DNA of 60,097 nucleotides from Callorhinchus milii (Eukaryota): positions 1 through 60,097 of the forward strand of contig NW_024705237.1 in assembly GCF_018977255.1 (NCBI RefSeq), written 5' to 3'. Under the pieces are notes generated by a model. The model was given only the letters and a program-made list of their open reading frames with translations. It had not been told where the DNA came from and did no database searches. The translations under genes were made by a program, and so were the position numbers. Positions 38,451 to 50,290 of the stretch are shown one piece after another. Each line of letters begins with the position of its first letter. Position 1 is the stretch's first letter.

Positions 38451-39257
38451 GACACCAACAACAACACCAACACCAGCAACAACAACACAATGAATGTCAA
38501 CCGGCTACGCAAAAACAGAAAACGGGCTTTCGCTAATGCGACTCAACCCAACGCGTGGCTGATGGTGGCTCGCGAGTTTCAATCAGCCACGCGTGGCCCG
38601 GATTATCTCGTAACGAGTCCCCCGTGGGCGTGTGTTTAACCTAGCCACGCCGGGACTCGACCTGTGGTAAGTAAAGTGGAGACGAAAGCAGATGGAGTGA
38701 CGGATTGAGGACGGGTTGAGTGCTCTCACACACAGTGGGGGTGGAAGGGAGGACAGAGGGGGGTGTAGAGGGAGGGAGGGGGCGCATTTATCATCGCGAC
38801 TATTCTCCGCCAGGTTTCGTATCACCGGCTGAATCATTCATTGGCATCGTTTGTTGACAGTCGGGAATTCGGATGCTTTGTGAACTCGCAGCGCAGGCAA
38901 ACTACGGCAGCTGTGCGGCAATCGTAGATTGGCGCTGTGGCCCGTGGCTCATCAGATCGTCGGTACAAAAATAGCTTGATAGCTCATCAGATTCCTCCAT
39001 TATGAATGAATATTCTGATTGTGATCATTTGTCCGTGTAGAGTGTGTGGCTGAATGGGTTGAATGCGTCTTTGCGCGCATCTACTCTTGTTTGTTCGAAG
39101 ACACATGTTTTAGCTGTTCCTCTCCACCGATATTGTCAATCTACTTTGCACATCAGGAGATTCTTGCAAAACACACGTGCCCATTGTAAGGCTTTGCGCA
39201 CGGTCATTGTGCAAATGAAAGGTTCATCAATATTTAGCCAATATAGTTAGCACTCGG

Positions 39258-39490
39258 TGGAGTGGTGGCGCAGTGGCTATGCGCCGCAGTATGAACCCGG
39301 CAACATGAGTTCGATTGTCGGCCAAGGCGATCATCGGTGAGGAGTGCTACGTGTGAACCGGTCCTGTGCCTCACCCCTTCACCAATCCGTAGTGACCCCC
39401 GTGGTGAAGTATGGATTAACAACACATGGTGAAGTATGAATGAACAAACCCCACGACCGACGCGGTGTTGGTGGAAGGGCATTTGCCCAA
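39258..39490 (+). mobile_element. Degenerate tRNA-derived SINE
   Basis: GGTGGCGCAGTGG A box and GAGTTCGATT B box; shares GACCCCCGTGGTGAAGTATGG with 25051-25071. Confidence 0.55.
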
Positions 39491-40149
39491 CAGTGTATTG
39501 ACAAAGGGCCGTCATTAATTATTGTTGCAGATAGCTATAAGGGTTTCGTGCGCGCGGGAGGCCAGATGGGACTTGAGAAATAGGCAACACATTACAACCT
39601 GTCATTGCATCGTGGGTAGTAGAGCTGCAGCCTCTGGAAAAATACTGGGCAAATAACTCACTCGCAATCCTAATGACCCTTGTCGTAATTTGTAATTTAT
39701 AACCTGGAACTTACAATTACAACATCGGAGGCTTTATTATGGGCACATCTCTCCATGTCTCAATTCTCAATCTGTGATGTTTGTTGTTCGTGACGTTATG
39801 CCCCCAGCGCATCCCACGCGTGTGCGTCCTGAGCAAAAGCTGAAGGCGCAGCCCTGCTATTTCTTGCTCTCACCACTGCAGGCGAACGAGCCTTCAGATT
39901 GGCACGGGTGGCTACGTACGGTGCGAAAGGGGTTCTAGCAGGGTTCGGCATTCTTTTAGAATTCGGTAAAAAAAATCTAGATTTAAAGAGCCGCAATGCA
40001 TGTGAATACCAGACGGTGCTTAAGAAATAACGTCACGAAGCAGTCTTCAAGGAGCCGCATGCGGCTCTGGAGCCGCAGGTTGCCGAACCCTGTCCCAGAG
40101 GGGAATTTAGAGAGCCCCACTACAGAGAGTGTTCGGTGCACCACACTGG

Positions 40150-40350
40150 CCAGACGTGCTAGACGAGGTGAAGGTAGCCAGGCGTTACTCCACTGGCACT
40201 GACAATCGAACGTGTGGGGTGCGTAACCCATTTCTCCTGCTGGGTGCACGGAGGCAAAGGCGACGTATCCAATCGTTTCAACTGCCGTGCCTGGAGATCG
40301 ACCCGGCGACCTTCGGATCGCGAGTCCAGCGCGCGAACCAATGCACCGTA
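40150..40350 (-). mobile_element. Degenerate tRNA-derived SINE
   Basis: Minus strand TGCATTGGTTCGCGCGCTGGACTCGCGATCCGAAGGTCGCCGGGTCGATCTCC head and CACCCAGCAGGAGAAATGGGTTAC core. Confidence 0.6.
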
Positions 40351-41004
40351 ACAAGCAGCTTATATCCACGTGTTCTCGCGTGCGAACGGGGGCTAAGTTC
40401 TACTGAATTTCAGTGAAACAGACAACGCAAGGGGAGATGCGCGTGTGATGGTTTGCGTGACTCTACACAGATTCAACAACAGCGCTGTGTTGAGCAATCG
40501 GATCCAGCGATACGGCTGCCCCGTCCAATTATCGCCGATCCCTCAGCTCGCATCGTTCGCGTGTAAAGCGATGGAGTTTTCATCGATGACGGCGTCCAGG
40601 CGTCGTGCGTGCGTGGGACGCGGTGATTATGCGAACATCGCCCATGTATGGACTGCAATGGCGAAAGGCGTTCCGATAATAGACTCTATACCGTATTATA
40701 TAATATTATATACAATGCCGTATTATATACTATTATATACTATAACTAGTATATACTATTATATACTCTACCGTATCATCACAGCTGGCATAGAAAAGTG
40801 ACCGGTGCTGGACTGGGACTAAAAATCGGCCCAGGCATTTGTCAACACACCAGGCTCAAATTCGGGCTATGTCCAATCACTAATTGATGTTAAATGTGTT
40901 ATGCGATGACAACCTGTAGTAGTAGTACGAGCAGCCAGATTTGCGATGTCAGGTACAGTATGAGCTTGATTTTGCTGTGCGATGTCATTTGCCCACTGCA
41001 TCGC

Positions 41005-41212
41005 GCGGCGCTTTTAGAAGCGCTTCTGCGGCCGTCTGGAACGCTCTCCCTTCTAATATTAGGAATCTATTGGAGCGATGCGCATTTAAATCGTCTGGAT
41101 TGAAAACTCATTTCTTGAGAACAGCTTGTTGTGTTTTAGTTCGTTGTCCTTACCCCGCACCTCCGATTAGCACGGTTGGCTACGTACGGTGCGAACGAAG
41201 TTTAACGTACAT
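41005..41212 (+). mobile_element. L2-like LINE 3' fragment
   Basis: RGAFRSASAAVWNALPSNIR..FKSSGLKTHFLRTA followed by the 3' motif. Confidence 0.75.
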
Positions 41213-41672
41213 ACGTGTAGATGAGACGAAAGTCATTCTGGTAGACTGAGTCCTCCAAATCGGTGGCATCACTTAATGGGTGAAGTTCAAGGTCACGGTA
41301 ACCCTGGTGGAATCCAGGTAGGAGTGCTGATGAGATAGCGCGCGCATTCCGGGAGATTTGCTCATCGCCATCACCCGTACACCATCATCATCACCATCAT
41401 CGCGGCGCGATGACTTCACTCCATTGACGCGCTGCCGAGTGACGATCGGAGGGAGTAATGACAGTACAGTTACCAAAGCAAATAGAAAGTGCGACAGGGT
41501 GACTGGAAACTTGTGTTTTTTTTATCCACATAGTTACAATTAACAGCTGATGATGACTACACCACTAGGGCGTCTTAATTGCTCCACAGATGCAGCAGCA
41601 GCAGCAGCGGCCGCCGCTGCGGGGCCGTGTGAGGCGTGGCTCAGGGGAGGGGCCGCTGCCTCTCCCCCTCGC

Positions 41673-41680
41673 TATTTAAA
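41673..41680 (+). promoter_or_regulatory. TATA-like box of the intronless gene
   Basis: TATTTAAA inside a GC-rich island, GC-box-like GGGGAGGGG upstream, ~290 nt before the ATG. Confidence 0.55.
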
Positions 41681-41732
41681 TCCCAGCGCAGCACCTCCGC
41701 CCTCACACACCCCGAGCACCGCTTACCTCCTC

Positions 41733-41892
41733 CGCACGTGTCTCTCTCTCTGTCTGCGTGTGCGTGGCTCTCTCTGTCTCTGCGCACGTGTCTCTCTCTG
41801 TCTGCGTGTGCGTGGCTCTCTCTGTGTCTCTGCGCACGTATCTCCCTCTCTGTCTGCGTGTGCGTGGCTCTCTCTGTGTCTTGCGCACGTGT
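41733..41892 (+). repeat. ~50-bp minisatellite (three units plus a partial) in the presumed 5' UTR
   Basis: Unit CGCACGTGTCTCTCTCTGTCTGCGTGTGCGTGGCTCTCTCTGTCTCTG. Confidence 0.9.
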
Positions 41893-41961
41893 CCTCTTCT
41901 CTTTGTGCTGACGCCGAGCGGCTCTGAGTCATCTCGCCGACTCGCCGAACCCCGCGCCGAG

Positions 41962-43256
41962 ATGTTCCTCGCCACGCCGCGCGCGCTGCCCGCACCCGGC
42001 GCGACCCCGACACTCCTCAAGTCGGCCATGAAGCGCTGCCCCAGCTCGAGCGAGCGCTCTCCCGTGGAGAAGTCCAAGCGCCGCGTGCTCTTGACCTCCA
42101 GCAGACCGAGGTTCGCTACCTGCCCAGCGAGCCGCACGCCGAGATGGCGGCGCAGGCGGTGGCGCAGGGGGTGACGGCGGCGGTGGCGCGGCCCGACAAG
42201 GCGGAACTCGCCGCCTTCATCCAGCACCAGTGCGTCGCCCTCATGCACAGCCGCGAGAGGCTGCAGGAGCAGCGGGAGCGGAGACTCGTACTCAGCCCGA
42301 GCCTCGGCGGAGTTGCGCCGAGCGGGAGGGCGCCAGGGGGAGCGGTGGTGCCCGGGGAGCACGAGCCCGTCGCGGCGCGCGGAGGAGTCGCCGCCGCTCC
42401 GAGTTTCGTCCTCCCCTCCACGCACCTGCTCATGCTCAAGCAACAGCAGCAGCAGCAACAGCAGCATCAGCTCAACGGGCAGGAGCGCGTCGCCAAGGTC
42501 GGCTTCGAGAAAGCGGCGGCCACGCACGAAGAGCCGCTGCTGACGGACATCGCTGCGTCGAGACGGGCGGGTGGTGCCAGGGCAGGCGCAGGCGGAATCG
42601 CCCGCACGCCCACTTCTCCAGCTGCTCGCTGCCCGGGCACGGCCACCACCACCACCAGCAGCAGCAGCACGCCCAGCGCGGCGCCCTGCTGGGAGACTCG
42701 CCACAGACAGTCTGCTGGTGGACAGGGAGCGCAGGGAGAGATTCCACAATCTCCGCGCCAAAAGCGGCGGCGGCGGTGGTGGCCGCGTGGCGCCGGCTCT
42801 GCAGGACTTGCCCTCCATCCTCAAGACGAACGGACCCCCGCTGGAGCTGAACGTGTCCAGGCGCGGGCCGCGAGGGGGCGAGAGAATAGGAGCGAGCCTC
42901 CGCGCCCGGTGAGCTGCGGAGGATACACCAACGCCACCCTCCTATCCGCCCGCGCCATCGCGGCCACCAAGGGAGGCACGGCCGCCTCGGTCTCTCCGGG
43001 CCCCCAGGCTGCGCCACCCAGCGCGGCCTCCGCTCGCACCGCCTTCGTGAGCGCGCACCGAGGCCCCGGCTCGAAGGCCCCGTTCGCTGGACCCGCCACC
43101 CCAGCAGCGAGTGCGCAGGGCTGGCAGGCGCCGCGCAGCGGCGGGCTGCTGCTGCAGGGTTCGCAGGGCTACCTCACCCTGTCGCGGATGCCCACCAAGG
43201 GCCCCGCTGCGACTCGGAACCTTGACGGTCTGGCGGCCCAATGGGCCCGCAGGTGA
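41962..43256 (+). CDS. Intronless gene of unknown family, ~432 aa after correcting four single-base deletions; low complexity (polyQ, polyH, polyG), candidate PP1-binding motifs
   Basis: CpG island. The GC3-rich frame steps through ORFs 41758 -> 42144 -> 42230 -> 42571 -> 42144, always by -1, at ~42092, ~42552, ~42692 and ~42880. TATA upstream, TATTTAT and ATTAAA downstream. Confidence 0.7.
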
Positions 43257-43517
43257 AGAGGGCGGTGTCCCTGGCCGGAGAGACGTGGCCGCTGCACGTC
43301 TTCAAGCTGCAGCCCATTGCGTGTTGACCTCGAGGGTCAAAACTTGAGTTACTCTTGACACTGTTGGTGCCTTCACATCGGAGAGCCACATTCTCTTAGA
43401 GATGGACAAGACTTGGAACGGCATCGTTACATCCGAGCATTGTTGCTCATAAAAAAAAAAACAATGCTGTTTGCGAGCTTGCATTGATGTGATGGGCTCA
43501 TGGTTTTCACGGAGGCG

Positions 43518-43635
43518 TGTATATTTTGTAAAGTATTTATAATTGTACAGACTAAGCTTAATGCATATTGCATATATATATCACACAGCCTGGTAGCAGC
43601 ATTGCGTTTGCAGTGAATACGCCATAAAGATTAAA
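43518..43635 (+). promoter_or_regulatory. AU-rich 3' UTR elements and variant poly(A) signal
   Basis: TGTATATTTTGTAAAGTATTTATAATTGTACAG (ARE core TATTTAT at 43534-43540, TGTA motifs) and ATTAAA at 43630-43635. Confidence 0.5.
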
Positions 43636-43717
43636 GTGATCGAATATAGCACAAACAACAACATATTCGTCAATAACACTACAGTACCTTTAAGGGCAAT
43701 ACATCGGTGTCAACACA

Positions 43718-43920
43718 TGCGGTTTACCCGTATTCTTGTAGAGGGAAATTGAGTTTTTCAGGTCCATATGGCGTACATTCGTTTCAATACGAGCAACATG
43801 TTTTTGTCTATTTGTGTTTCTCCCTTGTGATGGGACTTTGTAGGATGAACGTTGAGATTTCTAAGGACACGGGGTGACCAATAAGGTCTAAATTGGTTTG
43901 TAAAATAAGCTAGGCACTGA
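43718..43920. repeat. Unclassified dispersed repeat, second copy at ~55345-55555
   Basis: CGGTT.ACCCGTATT.TTGTA..GGAC..TGTGATGGGACTTTG.A.GATGAACGTTGAGATT..CACGGGGTGACCAA shared between the two loci. Confidence 0.7.
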
Positions 43921-45563
43921 TAAGGGGTTATTGACAGGCATGGCAGTATGTATAATAGGTGAGGCGGTGGGCAAGAATCTGCCGTTCCACGCGAGTTACC
44001 CACAGCTCCATGCAAGACGCGTTGCCATTCTATGCTGTCGTAGTTCTATTGAATTCTGCCTGAGCATCATAAACAACACAAACCTCAGCGCCGACTGAAT
44101 GGTACGGTGATATAGAAAGCGTCTTCGCAGTACAAGTGGGAGTTCTCCACAGACGTTTACGGCTTGCCTTTGATACCGCTGCAACGAGAGATTATATATG
44201 CCTCTAAATAATGTATTCCCGAGGTGTTTGTGTGCTTTCCTGTAACATCCGGCAATGCTGCAGCTTGGAAGTTGTGGGTCTACAACAGCTCGCTGATGAG
44301 CTCCAAAACGCTCGAAACCTACACCCACTTATAGTTACTTTTCACAATGAACAACATGTGTGTAAATATGGACCTTACAAGTGTATAGACCGAGGTTTTT
44401 CAGGGTTCCCTGCGTACGTTAATTTTTGGGGATGCTGCAGCTTACATGGAAAGGTGGAAAGGTGGAATTTCCATTACTGGCAGAGATTGCTCGTTTGTGA
44501 ACAGCAAGAAACGTGTGTTTGATATCTGTTGATGTGTAAATGTACAAAGACTTTGCATATGCGTAAAAATAAAAACGTACCCTGAAGGTCAATGTGGTTC
44601 ATTTCCGTGTCATACAAAAGGCCGTGTGCTTTAAATACAAATCACCTGGAGGGCACGCGCGCACACAGACACACACGTCTCACCTTCAAAACACTCATCC
44701 AACACGTTACCTGACTTATTGCAGGCCAAAACATAAGATACTAAAAAAAGTTATTTCGTAATGTACAATTTTTTTTTACAGACTTTGGCCAATCTACTAT
44801 ACTGGAAGATTTCTGAAAACTGTGTTGGTCTTCAGGATGGTTTGACCATACTTCACCACTCTGGCTAGTGCGGGTTGGTGAACACAATGAGGGAGGGAAT
44901 CCAGGATCGGTGCAGATATGACTCCCGACTCATGTTCGCCGAAAGTCGAAGTCACACTTCACACACTGCGCTAACCACTGCACCACTACTCTCACTTTAG
45001 GTAGGCCTAATTCGCACGTGTTTGAAACCAGCTATTGGACATTTGGGATTGCGGCTTTTTTTCTACAATAATCTGGAACACCCCACACTGAGTGTCTCTC
45101 CATTTCGTGGAATGTACAAGAAGCACTTATTCAGACTTGCCTTCCCACAACATCAAAAATGTAAGACGGGAAAAATATATTAATGTTATTGACTAACATA
45201 TATCTTTTTTACGCTACTCGTTTCGCACCTGCGCACTTTATCTTACTCAGTCGGCGCTAGCCGCTCAGGTCTGGACGGGTTTCTTTTCTCGTCCCTGTTG
45301 CCCCGTGTCGTTCACCTTTCCACCGAAATCTGCACCTGATGGCTTCTTTACCGAGAGCGACATTTGCACGTACAATATATAATCGACTGATTGATTGATT
45401 GTCGGTGGAGTCCGCCTGTAACATCGTGCAAGAAACCGGGGAGCTCATGCATTGTACGTGCATCGTTGAACCTCTTTCGCACCGTACGTAGCCAACCGTG
45501 ATAATCGGGCCCGCAAGCAGCAGCAGCAGCATCCCCGATGGGTGAACAGTGTTCGTGAATCTA

Positions 45564-45825
45564 CACTATGGGAACCTCATTTGCCAGTAAAAATATGATA
45601 AATGGTGAGACTAGGCTCTAAGGAAAGCTGTCTCGGGTGTGGACCAATCAACTTCAAGGACAGTGCATACATTATCAGAGTTATGTTTTTTGTTTGTATT
45701 ATGACTGCAGGTATTGCGGTCTATGCAAACATGACTCCTTGTAAAAAGGTGTCAGTTTTGTTGCCAGATAGAAGGGTAAAAAAACAATTATCATATTTGT
45801 ACTGGCAAATGAGGTTCCCATGGTG
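45564..45825. mobile_element. Short TIR element (CAC..GTG ends, flanked by TA) whose interior copies adjacent DNA
   Basis: 38-bp TIRs 45564-45601 / 45788-45825 (36/38 match). Interior 45605-45793 nearly identical to 45910-46098. Confidence 0.75.
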
Positions 45826-46418
45826 TAAAGGCTTACCCCGAGCTCTCATACTCTGATGGTGCATTGTCTTTGAGTTGTGCGCCTTTTGGCGTCATCTGGT
45901 CCAACCCATGTGAGACTCGGCTCTAAGGAAAGCTGTCTCGGGTGTGGACCAATCAACTTCAAGGACAGTGCATACATTATCAGAGTTATGTCTTTTGTTT
46001 GTATTATGACTGCAGGTATTGCGGTCAATGCAAACATGACTCCTTGTAAAAAGGTGTCAGTTTTGTTGCCAGATAGAAGGGTAAAAAACCAATTATCAGT
46101 GTTCGTGAATATGTGCGACTGCCATGGCCACTCTGCGTGTGTTTTGCGGGCGTTGTTTCCATGGACACGGAATGATGGGGGAACAGTCGAGTTCGTATTT
46201 CGCTCCGACCGGTTTGGTCGAGTTTTGCAAGCCTCCACCAAGGCGTTGGCTTTGTTCCTGCGTGCTAAGGTGGCCCCGAGCTAAGACGCTCTATATATAA
46301 AAGTCAGGCGGCTGTTTTAATTTGAAGCTGTCAGTACTTTTGCTGTCGCCGATTTTTGAGCAACGCCCTTTGCTTTTGAGATGCGGTTTGTGCGGCTCAG
46401 AGGAGCAGCGCTCACTCG

Positions 46419-49400
46419 CTCCGCCACGCTGCGTGGTGGGTGTAGCGTTGTAGTAGGCCACGCTGCGTGGTGGGTTTAGCGTTGTAGTGGGCCACATTCT
46501 GCCACGCTGCGTGGTGGGTTTAGCGTTGTAGTGGGCCACGCTGCGTGGTGGGTTTAGCGACGTAGTGGGCCACACTGTGTGGTGGGTTTAGCGACGTAGT
46601 GGGACACGCTGTGTGGTGGGTTTAGCGACGTAGTGGGACACGCTGTGTGGTGGGTTTAGCGACGTAGTGGGACACGCTGTGTGGTGGGTTTAGCGACGTA
46701 GTGGGCCACACTGTGTGGTGGGTTTAGCGACGTAGTGGGCCACACTGTGTGGTGGGTTTAGCGACGTAGTGGGACACGCTGTGTGGTGGGTTTAGCGACG
46801 TAGTGGGACACGCTGTGTGGTGGGTTTAGCGACGTAGTGGGACACGCTGTGTGGTGGGTTTAGCGACGTAGTGGGACACACCTGTGTGGTGGGTTTAGCG
46901 ACGTAGTGGGACACGCTGCGTGGTGGGTTTAGCGACGTAGTGGGACACGCTGTGTGGTGGGTTTAGCGACGTAGTGGGCCACACTGTGTGGTGGGTTTAG
47001 CGACGTAGTGGGACACACTGTGTGGTGGGTTTAGCGACGTAGTGGGACACGCTGTGTGGTGGGTTTAGCGACGTAGTGGGACACGCTGTTGTGGTGGGTT
47101 TAGCGACGTAGTGGGACACGCTGTGTGGTGGGTTTAGCGACGTAGTGGGACACGCTGTGTGGTGGGTTTAGCGTTGTGGGTGGGGCCACGCTGGTGTGGT
47201 GGGGTTTAGCATTGTAGTGGGCCACGCTGTGTGGTGGTTTAGCGTGTAGTGGGCCACGCTGTGTGGTGGTTTAGCGACGTAGTGGGCCACACTGTGTGGT
47301 GGGTTTAGCGACGTAGTGGGCCACGCTGCGTGGTGGGTTTAGCGACGTAGTGGGCCACACTGTGTGGTGGGTTTAGCGACGTAGTGGGCCACACTGTGTG
47401 GTGGGTTAGCGTTGTAGTGGGCCACACTGTGTGGTGGGTTTAGCGTTGTAATGGGCACGCTGCGTGGTGGGTTTAGCGACGTAATGGGCCACACTGTGTG
47501 GTGGGTTTAGCGACGTAGTGGGCCACGCTGCGTGGTGGGTTTAGCGACGTAATGGGCCACACTGTGTGGTGGGTTTAGCGACGTAATGGGCCACACTGTG
47601 TGGTGGGTTTAGCGACGTAGTGGGCCACGCTGCGTGGTGGGTTTAGCGACGTAGTGGGACACGCTGTGTGGTGGGTTTAGCGACGTAGTGGGCCACATTC
47701 TGCCACGCTGTGTGGTGGGTTTAGCGACGTAGTGGGCCACGCTGTGTGGTGGGTTTAGCGACGTAGTGGGCCACACTCCGCCAGGCTGTGTGGTGGGTTT
47801 AGCGACGTAGTGGGCCACACTGTGTGGTGGGTTTAGCGACGTAGTGGGCCACACTGTGTGGTGGGTTTAGCGACGTAGTGGGCCACACTGTGTGGTGGGT
47901 TTAGCGACGTAGTGGGACACGCTGTGTGGTGGGTTTAGCGACGTAGTGGGACATGCTGTGTGGTGGGTTTAGCGTTGTGGTGGGCCACGCTGTGTGGTGG
48001 GTTTAGCGACGTAGTGGGACACGCTGTGTGGTGGGTTTAGCGTTGTAGTGGGCCACGCTGTGTGGTGGGTTTAGCGACGTAGTGGGACACGCTGTGTGGT
48101 GGGTTTAACGACGTAGTGGGACACGCTGTGTGGTGGGTTTAGCGACGTAGTGGGACACGCTGTGTGGTGGGTTTAGCGTTGTAGTGGGCCACGCTGCGTG
48201 GTGGGTTTAGCGACGTAGTGGGACACGCTGTGTGGTGGGTTTAGCGACGTAGTGGGACACGCTGTGTGGTGGGTTTAGCGTTGTGGTGGGCCACGCTGTG
48301 TGGTGGGTTTAGCGACGTAGTGGGACACACTGTGTGGTGGGTTTAGCGACGTAGTGGGCCACACTGTGTGGTGGGTTTAGCGACGTAGTGGGACACGCTG
48401 TGTGGTGGGTTTAGCGACGTAGTGGGACACGCTGTGTGGTGGGTTTAGCGTTGTGGTGGGCCACGCTGTGTGGTGGGTTTAGCGACGTAGTGGGACACGC
48501 TGTGTGGTGGGTTTAGCGTTGTAGTGGGCCACGCTGTGTGGTGGGTTTAGCGACGTAGTGGGACACGCTGTGTGGTGGGTTTAGCGACGTAGTGGGACAC
48601 GCTGTGTGGTGGGTTTAGCGACGTAGTGGGACACGCTGTGTGGTGGGTTTAGCGTTGTAGTGGGCCACGCTGCGTGGTGGGTTTAGCGACGTAGTGGGAC
48701 ACGCTGTGTGGTGGGTTTAGCGACGTAGTGGGACACGCTGTGTGGTGGGTTTAGCGTTGTGGTGGGCCACGCTGTGTGGTGGGTTTAGCGACGTAGTGGG
48801 ACACACTGTGTGGTGGGTTTAGCGTTGTAGTGGGCCACGCTGTGTGGTGGGTTTAGCGACGTAGTGGGCCACGCTGTGTGGTGGGTTTAGCGACGTAGTG
48901 GGACACGCTGTGTGGTGGGTTTAGCGTTGTAGTGGGCCACACTCCACTACGCTGTGTGGTGGGTTTAGCGACGTAGTGGGACACGCTGTGTGGTGGGTTT
49001 AGCGTTGTAGTGGGCCACACTCCACTACGCTGTGTGGTGGGTTTAGCGACGTAGTGGGCCACACTCCACCACGCTGTGTGGTTGGTTTAGCGACGTAGTG
49101 GGACACGCTGTGTGGTGGGTTTAGCGTTGTGGTGGGCCACACTGTGTGGTGGGTTTAGCGACGTAGTGGGACACGCTGTGTGGTGGGTTTAGCGACGTAG
49201 TGGGCCACACTCCACTACGCTGTGTGATGGGGTTAGCGACGTAGTGGGCCACACCCACACGCTGTGTGGGGGTTTAGCGACGTAGTGGGCCACACTCCAC
49301 CACGCTGTGTGATGGGTTTAGCGACGTAGTGGGCCACACTCCGCCGCGCTGTGTGGTGGGGTTAGCGACGTAGTGGGCCACACTCCACCACGCTGTGTGA

Positions 49401-49955
49401 TGGGTTTAGCGACATAGTGGGCCACACTCCACTACGCTATGTGGTGGGTTTAGCGACGTAGTGGGCCACACTCCACCACGCTGTGTGATGGGTTTAGCAA
49501 CGTAGTGGGCCACACTCCGCCGCGCTGTGTGGTGGGGTTAGCGACGTAGTGGGCCACACTCCACCACGCTGTGTGATGGGTTTAGCGACGTAGTGGGCCA
49601 CACTCCACTACGCTGTGTGGTGGGTTTAGCAACGTAGTGGGCCACACTCCACCACGCTGTGTGGTGGGTTTAGCAACGTAGTGGGCCACACTCCACTACG
49701 CTGTGTGATGGGTTTAGCGACGTAGTGGGCCACACTCCACCACGCTGTGTGATGGGTTTAGCGACGTAGTGGGCCACACTCTACTACGCTGTGTGGTGGG
49801 TTTAGCAACGTAGTGGGCCACACTCCACCACGCTGTGTGATGGGTTTAGCAACGTAGTGGGCCACACTCCGCCACGCTGTGTGGTGGGTTTAGCGACGTA
49901 GTGGGCCACACTCCGCCACGCTGTGTGATGGGTTTAGCGATGCAATGGGCCACAC
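46419..49955. repeat. Tandem satellite, 34-bp unit with a 44-bp variant (~95-100 units)
   Basis: Unit GCTGTGTGGTGGGTTTAGCGACGTAGTGGG(A/C)CAC; the variant adds ACACTCCACC-like 10 bp. Confidence 0.97.
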
Positions 49956-50207
49956 AAACGGAACGTCGGCGTGATTGTAATTTTTTGCGACACAATGCGA
50001 GGAGATTTTGGTAAACAGCTCAAGTGAGGGGAGAGTTCTAAACAGCAGCCACAGTGTGGATGAGGTTGCCGCACGCGGTTGCTTGGGGGCAAGAGGCTCG
50101 CGTCTAAATATCAGTCTTGTTTAATTAAGTTGTTGCCAGGCCTGTGTAAGTGCAACTTGAAAATTTCACGGGCGCGCCTCCGGGTAAGAGGGAACGGCCT
50201 CCCAGCG

Positions 50208-50290
50208 TTACGAGAATAACACGAGGAGAGCACGAATAGTACGAGAACAGCACGAGAACAACACGAAAACAGCACGGGGAGAGCACGAAA
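50208..50290. repeat. Short degenerate 11-13-bp tandem repeat (CACGAGAACAG)
   Basis: About 7 imperfect copies visible. Confidence 0.7.

Noticed and set aside
41703-42824. 373-aa minus-strand ORF
   Set aside because: Antisense shadow of a GC3-rich gene; TATA, ARE and poly(A) signals all point to the + strand.
42091-42885. Programmed frameshifting or RNA editing as the cause of the -1 shifts
   Set aside because: No slippery heptamers at the sites, and scattered single-base deletions also occur in the other gene and the satellite, pointing to consensus error.
46419-49955. CRISPR-like periodicity
   Set aside because: Units are contiguous with no unique spacers, no cas genes, and the context is eukaryotic.
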